From positions 32,001-96,000 of the forward strand of contig CAVSLC010000019.1 of the NCBI GenBank assembly GCA_963728565.1: a DNA stretch of 64,000 nucleotides. Direction: 5' to 3'. The notes under the pieces are model-generated. The model did no database searches. It saw only the letters and a list, made by a program, of their open reading frames with translations, and had not been told where the DNA came from. Both the position numbers and the translations under genes were made by a program. Shown in pieces: positions 1-9,418 of the stretch (position 1 is the first letter of the stretch; each line of letters begins with the position of its first letter). The stretch is from an uncultured delta proteobacterium (GTDB taxonomy: Bacteria > Desulfobacterota > Binatia > UBA9968).

Positions 1-239
1 TCTCCAATGAGCGCGCCCGCGCCGAGCCCGACTCCGCCACCAATCGCGGCGCCCAATCCCGGACGGCCCGCAGCGGCACCGATAAGCCCGCCCGCGGCAG
101 CTCCCCCAACTGCGCCGATGCCGGCGCCTTTTTCCCTCGGCGTCAGGGGGCCGCCGGCACAGCCGATAGCGGTGAGTGCGGCAAAGCCGAGAGCAATCGT
201 CCATCGAGATGACCTTAGCTGATTTGAATTACCTTTCAT
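1..239 (-). CDS. Glycine-zipper lipoprotein, 3' end runs off the window
   Basis: Manual translation MKGNSNQLRSSRWTIALGFAALTAIGCAGGPLTPREKGAGIGAVGGAAAGGLIGAAAG...; lipobox AIGC; GxxxG repeats; GGAGG RBS upstream. Not in the ORF track. Confidence 0.8.
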   Translation of the reverse strand, partial: MKGNSNQLRSSRWTIALGFAALTAIGCAGGPLTPREKGAGIGAVGGAAAGGLIGAAAGRPGLGAAIGGGVGLGAGALIG

Positions 240-291
240 TCCGCCTCCAATCTTGTTTGTGGTTGACTGCATTGGGTTGTATGCAGCTAGA

Positions 292-306
292 GCAACGCAT
301 ATGCCA
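292..306 (-). promoter_or_regulatory. sigma54 -24/-12 promoter
   Basis: Minus strand reads TGGCATATGCGTTGC (GG-N10-GC), about 50 bp upstream of the lipoprotein ATG. Confidence 0.7.
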
Positions 307-768
307 GTAGCGCGGTACTTGTAAGTGGCGGATATTGCCGCCCTGGTTCGGCAGTGGGATGGAAGGGTCCATGAAATTTTTACCGAGTTGCACCGAAATT
401 GTTGCGACAGCTCACGATTCGGATGAACCGATCAGCTCGCGTGCTCAATCAGAGGCAGGGAGGTAAGATCTGTGCTCAATCGTGGACAAGATTGCATGAG
501 AGTGCTTGCATACGGAGCAGCCAATCCCCGGCTCGAATCTCCGGTACGTAGCACGTTTACTTGTCACGCTGGCGGCAGCATTGCCGAGGTCTTTTTTACG
601 CGGAATAGGAAGCTGCGGCGATAACGGAAGGATGTTAATTATTGAAGATCCGTTAGTAGAGGCAAAAGTTCACAGATAAATCGAAGTTCTTTAGGCGCAA
701 TGAATCCATCGCGTGCTCCGAAGCGCGGAGACGCGGCAATTAGCCTAGCCTCAGAGCTCAACAAAGAA

Positions 769-1785
769 TCAGCGCGCCTTCTTGCGTTGTTCGGCGATAA
801 AACCGCCGCTCTCAAGCGTGCGCACGAAGCTGCTATCCATGATCTGCTCGACATCAACTTGTGCGATCTTGGGATTTACGCTAGCGACGATCCTCTGGAC
901 CGATTTGTAGGCCGCCGGATTTGGCGCGATATCGAGGGTTGCCATCAATCGTAACACTTTGTAGGAGGCGTCGACTTCATCGGCTTTCTGCAGGCGAAGA
1001 TGCTTTTGCAAGGTTTTCATAACCTCAGGTTTGTTATTGGCGTCCAGAATGTAAGCGGTTGCTTCGACCAGTCCTTTGGTCAAGCGCAGGAAGAAATCCT
1101 GTCGGTTGGCGATGACGTCTTTGAGCGCGCAAATGCTCGGTCCTTGATACGGCGCTTTCAGTTCCGCGGCATCGGCCAGCGATCTAAAGCCCGCCTTGAG
1201 CGGCGCTTCGCTTAAACTGTAGGTCAGGGCCGCTGCATCGATATTGCCGTTCAGTAATGCTTGTGCGATCACCGGTCCATCGCCGATGACGCGCATCTTT
1301 AATCCGTGTTTGTCTGGATCGACGCCGAGGTGGTCCAGGATAATCATGGTCTGCAGCCAGAACCCGCCGCCGATGCTCTGTACCCCGATGATGCGACCGC
1401 GTAACTCCTCGATGCTCTTGATTTCCTTACGGGCGATGAGCTGGCGCGGAATTTTGTTGGTGGCGCTGGCAATGCAGCCCAACTTAACCCCGCCGGCCAC
1501 GGTGCTCAAGATCGTCGATTGCGCCGGCCATACGGCTTCAACTTCCCTCGACACCAACGCAGCAATGCTGAGCGCGCCGCTGCGCACCTGAATCATAGAA
1601 GCATCGATTCCGTATTTTTTGAACAAACCCTTATCGATACCGACCCACATCGGCGCCGCGGTTTCGTTATAGCCGCCATAGGACACGCGAAAATTTTCCT
1701 GACCGTAGGCGATTGTGGTCACATAGACCGTAAAGACGAATAGGAACGCGCCAAGCAGCGCATTAACTCTTCTGGTAAAAGCCAT
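769..1785 (-). CDS. NitT/TauT (NMT1/SsuA-like) ABC substrate-binding protein
   Basis: Signal peptide; APMWVGIDKGLFKKYGID; IKSIEELRGRIIGV. Start moved to ATG 1785, which follows GGAGGA. Confidence 0.85.
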   Translation of the reverse strand: MAFTRRVNALLGAFLFVFTVYVTTIAYGQENFRVSYGGYNETAAPMWVGIDKGLFKKYGIDASMIQVRSGALSIAALVSREVEAVWPAQSTILSTVAGGVKLGCIASATNKIPRQLIARKEIKSIEELRGRIIGVQSIGGGFWLQTMIILDHLGVDPDKHGLKMRVIGDGPVIAQALLNGNIDAAALTYSLSEAPLKAGFRSLADAAELKAPYQGPSICALKDVIANRQDFFLRLTKGLVEATAYILDANNKPEVMKTLQKHLRLQKADEVDASYKVLRLMATLDIAPNPAAYKSVQRIVASVNPKIAQVDVEQIMDSSFVRTLESGGFIAEQRKKAR

Positions 1786-2011
1786 GGCAGTCCTCCTGTT
1801 ATTCATCATGCGGCGGATCTGGCATTTCAACAGCTCAACATTCAACGATTTTATAATTAGCAAATGTAATCAGCTGTCCTCATATATGATTTTCGCTTGT
1901 AAGAAAACGTCGCAGGAGTTTTTATGCTTTAGAGTGAGATGGTCGTTGGCCGCGGCCAAAAGCATGAAGCCGGGGACTCATCATGTGGTGATGCAGTTCA
2001 ACGGAGCTTGT

Positions 2012-3916
2012 TTAGAAAAATGCCTGCAGGTTAAACAGAAGCTCCTGACTCCGGGCGCGCTGATTGAAATCAAATCGCAAAGCGAAATTTCTTGTCAAAG
2101 TATAGCGCTGCTGCGCCGCCAACCTCCACTCGTCGGATTTATCTCCTAATGGGAAATTCATATAGCTACCGGATATTGCGAATTTCCATCGATCGGTGAT
2201 GTCGGCCATGGCGCCAACGGTGAGGCCGCCGCCGACCCGATGATTGCCGTGAAAGACCCGCCCTACTTCGGTAGCAAATTCAGCCAAGCCGAAATAAACC
2301 TCGCGATTTAACCAGGATCTCTCCGTAGCTAGGCCGATTCCAACGTTTAGGTTGCCGATGCGGCAAAAGTGACAGTTGTGATGCTGTATCGTGTCGAGCG
2401 CTGCGTTGATCTTCCAGGAAGGACTAGCAAAGAGGGAGTCGACAGGGGAAAGAGACAAGATGTCGAGCAGGGTAAATTTTTCGATCCTGGTATGATCGCT
2501 TCGGCTATAGTGCCGCAAAGTCACTTCTAACGCCTGGATTTGTGCGCCGGGCGTATAGCCGTATTCCGGATCGAGCAGATCGTGAAAAGCCAGGCGAAAA
2601 TTCGCCTCGTTGAAGAACTCGCCCTCACGCCAGCCGACGCCCAGACCCGCTCTCATGGTCTTGTGCCCTTGATCCGGCGCCCCGCTAATCGGCGTGATCT
2701 CCACCGGAACCGGTTTGACGTTGAGCTTGCTGCGAGCAAGCAAAATGCCCCTGTTGCGCGCTTCGAAGGATGCGCTGTTCTCTCCCGTCGCCGCTTTGTA
2801 CAGGAGATAATCCGATACGACTTCCAGTATTGCTGCCCGGCGCTCGGGCGGCAGGCGGGTGAACGCATCGGACTGAGACAGCTTCGGATCAGCGACCATC
2901 TTCGAGAGCCAGCTCTTTTCTTCGGCTGAAAGAGCCTCACGGCCGCGGCGAATCCTGGTGCTCCGGGAGGCGCGAAAGGTCACGTCTTTAACTAAACCGG
3001 GTTTGTCGGCGATCATGCGGATACCGTCGGAAGGGAAGGTATAGAACCAGAACCGCTCGGCCAGCTGCAGATCCGGATCGGCAACGTCCAGCAGAGACAA
3101 AATCTGATAAGCGCAATTTTCTTTGAAATAAAAATAATCGAAGGCGGCGTTGCCCAACTCCCAGCCGTGCATTAGCAGTCGTTGCATCTGATCTTCTGTG
3201 AGATTGAGCCGGTATTCCCAAATATCTCGGTTTTCAAAATCACCGTATTCCTTGGCTTTGATGTAATACGGATGTGTCGAAAAGTATCCTTTGAATCCTC
3301 CAGTCAGCCCCAACACAGCAAAGAGAATACCGTTGTCCGTGGTAACATCGGCGGCATAATTGATTGTATACGCGAGAATGCTGGTTCGCTCCGTTTGACC
3401 CTTTTGGTCAACCCGCAAGAGCAAGTGGCCGAACATCGAAGAGGGATTGTTCATAAACGCCGACGGAAAGATGACGGTGATCGAGGCCGGATTGAGTTCG
3501 GCAAGCCATGATTGAAATCGCTCGCATGACTGCGGCGGCAAACGGCTTTCGTCGATGGCCAGAGCGCTCTTCAGCCAATGGTAACGCGCGATAAAAGCGC
3601 AACGCGCCGGCTGGCTCGAACGACCGACCGGATCGGTCGAAAAAAAGTGAGAGAGGGTAGCCTGCAGCTCGGCTTCCGGATCGGTTTTCCCGTGCCGCGA
3701 AAGAAAGAATGCGGGTTCGTCGGCCTCGCTTTCAACGCCGCCGGCAAGGGCCGCTCGATAATGCAAAAGCAGATGCCAATAGCGTTGCTCGTGCAGCGCC
3801 ATCGCCTTTGCGCGATCAAGCAGCAGTTGAAGGTAGGGTTTAGCGCTGTCTTGGCCGCCTGCTGTGTTTGGGAGAAGACACAGGACGAGAAGCGCGATGC
3901 TGCGGATCACCGACAA
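2012..3916 (-). CDS. DUF4105 / Lnb-like protein with probable C-terminal beta-barrel
   Basis: YWHLLLHY, CAFIARYHWL, PSSMFGHLLL, YGDFENRDIWEY, YFYFKENCAY motifs; HDLLDP; terminal Phe. Confidence 0.8.
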   Translation of the reverse strand: MSVIRSIALLVLCLLPNTAGGQDSAKPYLQLLLDRAKAMALHEQRYWHLLLHYRAALAGGVESEADEPAFFLSRHGKTDPEAELQATLSHFFSTDPVGRSSQPARCAFIARYHWLKSALAIDESRLPPQSCERFQSWLAELNPASITVIFPSAFMNNPSSMFGHLLLRVDQKGQTERTSILAYTINYAADVTTDNGILFAVLGLTGGFKGYFSTHPYYIKAKEYGDFENRDIWEYRLNLTEDQMQRLLMHGWELGNAAFDYFYFKENCAYQILSLLDVADPDLQLAERFWFYTFPSDGIRMIADKPGLVKDVTFRASRSTRIRRGREALSAEEKSWLSKMVADPKLSQSDAFTRLPPERRAAILEVVSDYLLYKAATGENSASFEARNRGILLARSKLNVKPVPVEITPISGAPDQGHKTMRAGLGVGWREGEFFNEANFRLAFHDLLDPEYGYTPGAQIQALEVTLRHYSRSDHTRIEKFTLLDILSLSPVDSLFASPSWKINAALDTIQHHNCHFCRIGNLNVGIGLATERSWLNREVYFGLAEFATEVGRVFHGNHRVGGGLTVGAMADITDRWKFAISGSYMNFPLGDKSDEWRLAAQQRYTLTRNFALRFDFNQRARSQELLFNLQAFF

Positions 3917-3957
3917 GGGAAAGTGAGCCCCGGCAATCGCCGAGGCTCGTAGATGGG

Positions 3958-4467
3958 TTATCTCACACTGCTGGCGAGAAGCGGGTGCGAGGACATCGCA
4001 CTGGTTAAAGCCTTGAGCAGCGCCGCCGGAGTAGATTCCCCCGACTGAAGCATACTCTGGTACTGCAGTTGCGCGAGAGCATAGAACTCGGGGCGATTTT
4101 CCTGCGGGATGTTCATCAGTTCAGCCAGCGAGCTCAGGTGTTCACCGTCGCCCTTGGCCATATCTTGAGAGAGGTTCTCAAAATTTAGCGCGGCAAAAAC
4201 GCTGGTTTTATGTTCCGACATAATCACGCCGTTATTGGTGCAGCCCGAAGTGCCGAAGCTAATGCCGAAGGTCTGGCTGCCGAACGTGCCGTTAGTCGTC
4301 GACTGCATCACTTGAGGCGCGATGTCCTTCTGGTTCCCATATTCCCCCCAAGCGAGCTTTCCGAGGCCGCAACCCGGTCCCGTATCTGGGTTTGGTGCTG
4401 CCCAAACCTGCGCCGCATATAAAGGCAGCAGAGCGACGCTCAACCTGAGCCATTGTTTTTTGATCAT
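3958..4467 (-). CDS. DUF3015 family secreted protein
   Basis: GCGLG, TTNGTFGSQTFGISFGTSGC and DMAKGDGEHL motifs; signal peptide; GAGGAGG RBS before ATG 4467. Confidence 0.8.
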   Translation of the reverse strand: MIKKQWLRLSVALLPLYAAQVWAAPNPDTGPGCGLGKLAWGEYGNQKDIAPQVMQSTTNGTFGSQTFGISFGTSGCTNNGVIMSEHKTSVFAALNFENLSQDMAKGDGEHLSSLAELMNIPQENRPEFYALAQLQYQSMLQSGESTPAALLKALTSAMSSHPLLASSVR

Positions 4468-4626
4468 ACATTCCTCCTCTTTATGGTGTTTTCTATGACT
4501 TTGAATGTAACTTGAAGAACATATTCGAGCAAGGACATTTTTCAACTAATCTGAAAATACTCGTTTGCTTCGTGGACGATCACGGACATGCATCGGTGGC
4601 ATGGCCGTCTCGCTGTCAAATTAAAT

Positions 4627-5685
4627 CTAGCGCGGCGGCAGAGGACCCGGTCCAGCAAATTTTTTGAGCGTCTCGATGGTCTCGGCGTCACGAGGCATGT
4701 CGGCGACGACCTTCTTTAGTTCCGCCGCTTCCATCGGAGATGCATCATCGGTAACCAATTTTTTGAAATATGGAGCAAACTCGGGGTCTTTGAAAGTCTT
4801 GCGCATTGCTTCTTCGAGAGTTGCCACTCTCTCTTTGGGGGTGCCAGGAGGTAATATGTAAGGCGATCCGACAGATCGAAAAGCGCGCCAGAGTGTAAGA
4901 AGCTTGGTCTCCCGTTCGTTTTTGGCAAAGCTGCCGATCTCCGGAAGGTGACCCAACCGCGGATGCTTGTCACCTTTCGGAACCTCCATGATCGAATGAA
5001 AATTCATCAGCCCTTTATCCACCCAATCGGAATTTCGTCGGATGACCGAGCTTGCATTATTGGCCCTGCTGTCGAGCTCGCCTTGCGTCAAGGCGACGTC
5101 CAGTTCATGGGCAGTATAACCGGCAATAAACTTTGGCTCTTTCAAGTTTAGAAAATACGCGAATAGTCTCCCCGCTACATAAGATACATGGCCAACGGTT
5201 TGCGCCCCGATCCTGAGGCCAGGCTTGGATGCCAGTTTCTCCAGATTGTCGAGCCCAAGTTCTTTTCGGGTGTAAATGATGTAATGGTTTTCGCTTTCGG
5301 GTGAGCCCAGATAAATAAACTTGTCGATGTCATAAGAAACGCCGGTTTCGCCCATGACAGCCAGGCCGATGATCGCTCCGCTCGCGGCGCCTATTGTCAG
5401 GCCATCGGGACGAGCGTTGCTGTATAAATAATTCGTTCCCTTGCGGCCGCCGCCGCCGTCGATGTACTGGATTACAACCGTTGGATTTCCCGGAATATGT
5501 TTCTTGAGGAACGGCACCATGGCTTTCACCCGGAGATCCCCGGTGCCGCCTGCAGACGTGGTCGCGATCAGGGTGACAGTCTTGCCTTCATAGAAATGGC
5601 TCTGGGCCAGCGCATAACCAGATAGCATGCAACAGAGTAGCCCAAAGATAGAAAGGTTCCGCAACAGCTGTTTGCCCAAGATCAT
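4627..5685 (-). CDS. Bug/TctC-like tripartite tricarboxylate transporter substrate-binding protein
   Basis: YEGKTVTLI, GGTGD, HIPGNPTVVIQ, PDGLTIG, PPGTPKERV. Confidence 0.8.
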   Translation of the reverse strand: MILGKQLLRNLSIFGLLCCMLSGYALAQSHFYEGKTVTLIATTSAGGTGDLRVKAMVPFLKKHIPGNPTVVIQYIDGGGGRKGTNYLYSNARPDGLTIGAASGAIIGLAVMGETGVSYDIDKFIYLGSPESENHYIIYTRKELGLDNLEKLASKPGLRIGAQTVGHVSYVAGRLFAYFLNLKEPKFIAGYTAHELDVALTQGELDSRANNASSVIRRNSDWVDKGLMNFHSIMEVPKGDKHPRLGHLPEIGSFAKNERETKLLTLWRAFRSVGSPYILPPGTPKERVATLEEAMRKTFKDPEFAPYFKKLVTDDASPMEAAELKKVVADMPRDAETIETLKKFAGPGPLPPR

Positions 5686-5843
5686 GAAAGCTCCTCCAGA
5701 TAAAAAGAGTCTCTGTCCCGTCTCTTATCTAAAATCTTGGCGTTTTTTACAAGCAGATTCTCGTCGGCCTAACCGACAAGCGCCAGCTCTACAGCTCGTG
5801 CTCTGAATTGACCAGCACGACAGCGCCGTGTTAGAAGCCGCTT

Positions 5844-6911
5844 ATGTCGCTACTCCTAGTTGAGAAGCCGCTGCGAGCCTGCGCCAGGGGCAAGCCATGC
5901 GAAAGAATGGCACCGACATATTTGCGCTACGGTCTACTATGCCTGTTGGCTTTGATGGTGACAGTTCTATTTGCTCACAGCGGGTTAACTCAAGAAACGA
6001 AACGGATCCGGTTTGCGTTGACGACTCCGCCGCATTTTCTGCCCATCTGGGTTGCTAAAGATCTTGGGCTGTTCTCAAAACATGGGCTCGACGTAGAAGT
6101 GATCTTCATGCGTGGCGGCGCATTGATTACGATGGGCGTGATCAGCGGCGAGCTGCAGCTCTCGGGCATCGGCGCGGAATCGGTCGTGGCGGCAAGAGCC
6201 GAGGGCGGAGATGTTACGCTTCTGGCGTGTCCACTGGACTTGGATCTTGTTTACTTGATCAGCAGGCCGGAAATCAAGACGGCTGCACAGCTAAAGGGCA
6301 AAGCAACCGCCGTTACACGGCTTGGATCGACGACTCACTTTTATCTGCGTTCAGCTTTTAAGCATCTGGGCATGGATGCGGACAAAGACATGACGATCCT
6401 GCAATTGGGCGCCGGGCCGGAGATCGCAATGGCTTTGCAGCAGGGACAAATCGCCGCCGCCGTCCTCAGTTACCGCAATGCGCTGTCCTTTCTGGAGCGG
6501 GGCTGGCCGATACTGGTGAATTTAACTCAAACCGGTTTCAAGTACCCGCCATCATGTGTCGCCGGGGGCGGCGCTTTTATTCGAAAGAATCCAGGCACCG
6601 TGGACGCATTTCTCAAAGCTTATATCGAAGCGATCCACATGATCAAAAGAGACCTGAATCTGACGAAACGCGTTTACGCGAAGTATTATCGGGAGTCCGA
6701 TGCGGCGGTTACCGACAAGGTGGCTCGTGCTTATGCGGAACTTTTCAAGCCCATTCCGAATGTGCCAGAAGAAGGCATCGAGGTCGTGGTCCGGGATTTC
6801 GCATCCCGACGGCCGCTGCAAAAGGATCTGCTAAAGACCAGCCTCTACAAAGACGATGGGCCGTTGGAGAGGATCATCAAACAAGGCTGGGTCAATCAAC
6901 TGCAGAGATAA
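5844..6911 (+). CDS. NitT/TauT ABC substrate-binding protein
   Basis: LPIWVAKDLGLFSKHGLDVE; LKGKATAVTRLGS. True start may be downstream. Confidence 0.85.
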   Translation: MSLLLVEKPLRACARGKPCERMAPTYLRYGLLCLLALMVTVLFAHSGLTQETKRIRFALTTPPHFLPIWVAKDLGLFSKHGLDVEVIFMRGGALITMGVISGELQLSGIGAESVVAARAEGGDVTLLACPLDLDLVYLISRPEIKTAAQLKGKATAVTRLGSTTHFYLRSAFKHLGMDADKDMTILQLGAGPEIAMALQQGQIAAAVLSYRNALSFLERGWPILVNLTQTGFKYPPSCVAGGGAFIRKNPGTVDAFLKAYIEAIHMIKRDLNLTKRVYAKYYRESDAAVTDKVARAYAELFKPIPNVPEEGIEVVVRDFASRRPLQKDLLKTSLYKDDGPLERIIKQGWVNQLQR

Positions 6912-6962
6912 ACCATCGCGATCCCGCCTAGATATCGACCGAGCCAAGGCTAAGAGGAGAGC

Positions 6963-7634
6963 ATGATGCAGATCGAACTGAACTATCCCGACCCTGTGCC
7001 CCTTGAGTTGGACGCAAGCAAGACATTGCTCCTGATTGTCGATATGGAGAATGAAGACGCGCATCCTTCGGGTAAGCGTTTCGGGGGCGAAGCCGTCACC
7101 AGCATTATTCCGAAAATTGCGAGCTTGCGACGGAAAGTGCGTAACGCCGGGGGATTGGTGGTCCATACTCAATCGGTGCGCAAACCCGACGCGCTGGAAT
7201 TTACCTTGTTCCATAACGTGGTCCGTAAAATCGAAGGTACCTGGGGCGCGGAGTTCGTGGAAGAGTTAAAGCCCGAACGTGACGAGCCGGTCGTGGTTAA
7301 GTACACGCACGATTGTTTTTATCGCACCGAGATGGAATCCGTCCTGGAGCGACTAGAGATGCGCCCCGGTGACGCTCGCATCATTGTCACTGGAATAGCG
7401 TCCCGCGGTTGCGTGCAGTGCGCCGTGACAGGATTTAGCATCCGTGATTATTACGTTTATGTTCCGCTGGACTGCACCGCCCAGCGAGAGGAGAAGGAGA
7501 AGCTGCAAGCGTTTTCTCTTTTCGCTAGTTTCGGATACCGCTACAACGTGACGGTTACACAGTCCGACTTGATCCGGTTTATAGACAGCAGGCAAGCATC
7601 GTACGATTCGCAATCGCCAATCCAAACCCGTTAA
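6963..7634 (+). CDS. Isochorismatase-family cysteine hydrolase
   Basis: D-K-C triad in LLIVDMEN, VVVKY and TGIASRGCV. Confidence 0.85.
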   Translation: MMQIELNYPDPVPLELDASKTLLLIVDMENEDAHPSGKRFGGEAVTSIIPKIASLRRKVRNAGGLVVHTQSVRKPDALEFTLFHNVVRKIEGTWGAEFVEELKPERDEPVVVKYTHDCFYRTEMESVLERLEMRPGDARIIVTGIASRGCVQCAVTGFSIRDYYVYVPLDCTAQREEKEKLQAFSLFASFGYRYNVTVTQSDLIRFIDSRQASYDSQSPIQTR

Positions 7635-7649
7635 TCGAATGTGACGAAT

Positions 7650-8934
7650 ATGGGAATGACTATTACTGAAAAGATTTGCGCGCGAGCCGCCGGTAGAGCA
7701 CCAAGTTCGTCCCGGAGACATGATCGACGCGGAGGTGGATAAACTTTACATCAAAGACTTGCGGTTTTCGAAAGCGGAAGATCCCAAGGGCCTTTACGGT
7801 GTATTCAAAGAAATCCTCAAGGAGATGGGTATCAGCAAGGCCTGGGATCCGGACAAGATCATCATCAATTTCGATGAGCAACCGGCGCGCAGCACGAGAC
7901 GCGCCGAAGGTCAGGAGCGGGCCAAGCAATTTTCCGAGGAGCATGGCGCGGTCATTTACGAAGGTTATCAAGGCGGCATCGGTCATAATGTCATGGTCGA
8001 AAAGGGACATGTCAGACCCGGCGAGTTCATCGTCGGCGCCGACTCGCATTCCTGCACCTACGGCGCGTTGGCCTGCTTTGCCACGGGCATAGGTTTTACG
8101 GAAACCGTCGGAGTGCTGGCAACCGGAAGGATCTGGCTAAAAGTTCCACCGGCTATTTATGTCGAGCTCACGGGCGCGCGACCGCAGTGGATTTGGGGAA
8201 AAGACATTGCGCTGCGGCTAATGGCAGAGATGGGAGCCAACGGCGCAGTCAATAAAACTATCGAATACGGCGGCAGCGCGGTTGCTGAGATCAGCGTCGA
8301 AAGCCGTCTCTCGATGTGCAATATGGCAGTCGAAAGCCTGGCGCTGAATGCCGTCTTCCCGCCCGATGCAGCGGCGATCGATTACGTGAAGCAAGTCAGC
8401 AATGCAACCTTTGCTGCGGTTGAAAGTGATGCCGATGCCGAATATGAATCGCGCCTGCGCTTCGATTTAACCGATATGGAACCTTTTGTTGCTGCTCCCG
8501 GCGTGCCCTCCAACGGCCAGCCGGTTCACGAATTCGTCGGAACCAAGATCAATCAGGCCTTCATCGGAACCTGCTCCAACTCGCGAATCGAAGATTTGCG
8601 CGTCGCAGCCAAGATTCTCAAAGGCAAGACGGTGCATCCCGGAGTGCGCATGATCGTCACGCCCGCTTCGTATGCCGCGTATTTTCAAGCACGCGAAGAG
8701 GGACTTCTGCAAATTTTCGAAAAATCAAAAGTACTGCTCACCGCTTCAGAATGCGGCATCTGCACCCGTCCTTCGCTGGCCACCGGTGAAGTCTGCATCT
8801 CGTCCGGTAATCGAAACTTTCCCGGCCGCATGGGTCACCGCGATGCCCGGATATTCTTGGGGAGCCCGGCGACGGTGGCCGCCAGCGCTATCGCAGGTGA
8901 GATCGTCGATCCCAGGGAGTTTCTGCCGTCATGA
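7650..8934 (+). CDS. LeuC/HacA/DmdA-like Fe-S hydratase large subunit, apparent frameshift near 7700
   Basis: N-terminus MGMTITEKICARAAG at 7650 lies in another frame; GADSHSCTYGA, GTCSNSR, CGIC and NRNFPGRMG motifs. Confidence 0.85.
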
Positions 8935-9386
8935 AGCGAGTTTTTACCGGCAGAGTATGGAAATTCGGCGACTGTATCGACTCCGGCAACATCAAAGGTG
9001 TAATGGCCGGCCTTGATCCCGAGTTCCATCTGAAGGTAAAGCCCGGCGATCTGATAGTTGCCGGAATCAATTTCGGCATGGGCTCGAGCGCAGAGGATGC
9101 GCCCCGGTCGCTGCGCGATGCCGGCATCGCCGCCGTGCTCGCCGAATCCATTTCGAACATCTATCTCCGCACTCTGATCAACCTCGGCTTGCCGGCGATC
9201 GAATGTGCAGGTATAGCGACCCTTGTAGAACAAGGAGAGGACATCGAAGTCGACCTGGAATCCGGCAGCATTCGCAATGTCAGCAACGGAACTGCACGCA
9301 GGTTTCCACCTTTCTCGGATCATGCGCTCGCTATCCTGGACAAAGGCGGTTTGATTCCTTACTTGAAATCCTCACTATCTAGGTAA
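8931..9386 (+). CDS. LeuD/HacB/DmdB-like hydratase small subunit
   Basis: GRVWKFGD, LDPEF, VKPGDLIVAG, NFGMGSSAEDAP; ATGA overlap with the large subunit. Confidence 0.85.
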   Translation: MKRVFTGRVWKFGDCIDSGNIKGVMAGLDPEFHLKVKPGDLIVAGINFGMGSSAEDAPRSLRDAGIAAVLAESISNIYLRTLINLGLPAIECAGIATLVEQGEDIEVDLESGSIRNVSNGTARRFPPFSDHALAILDKGGLIPYLKSSLSR

Positions 9387-9418
9387 GAGAAGCGGCACTA
9401 AATTTTTGAGGAGGAGCA

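Noticed and set aside
7-222. Pro/Ala-rich plus-strand ORF
   Set aside because: Antisense shadow of the glycine-zipper lipoprotein gene.
7650-9386. Calling these genes leuC/leuD
   Set aside because: Catabolic context, no other leu genes, and divergent active-site motifs.
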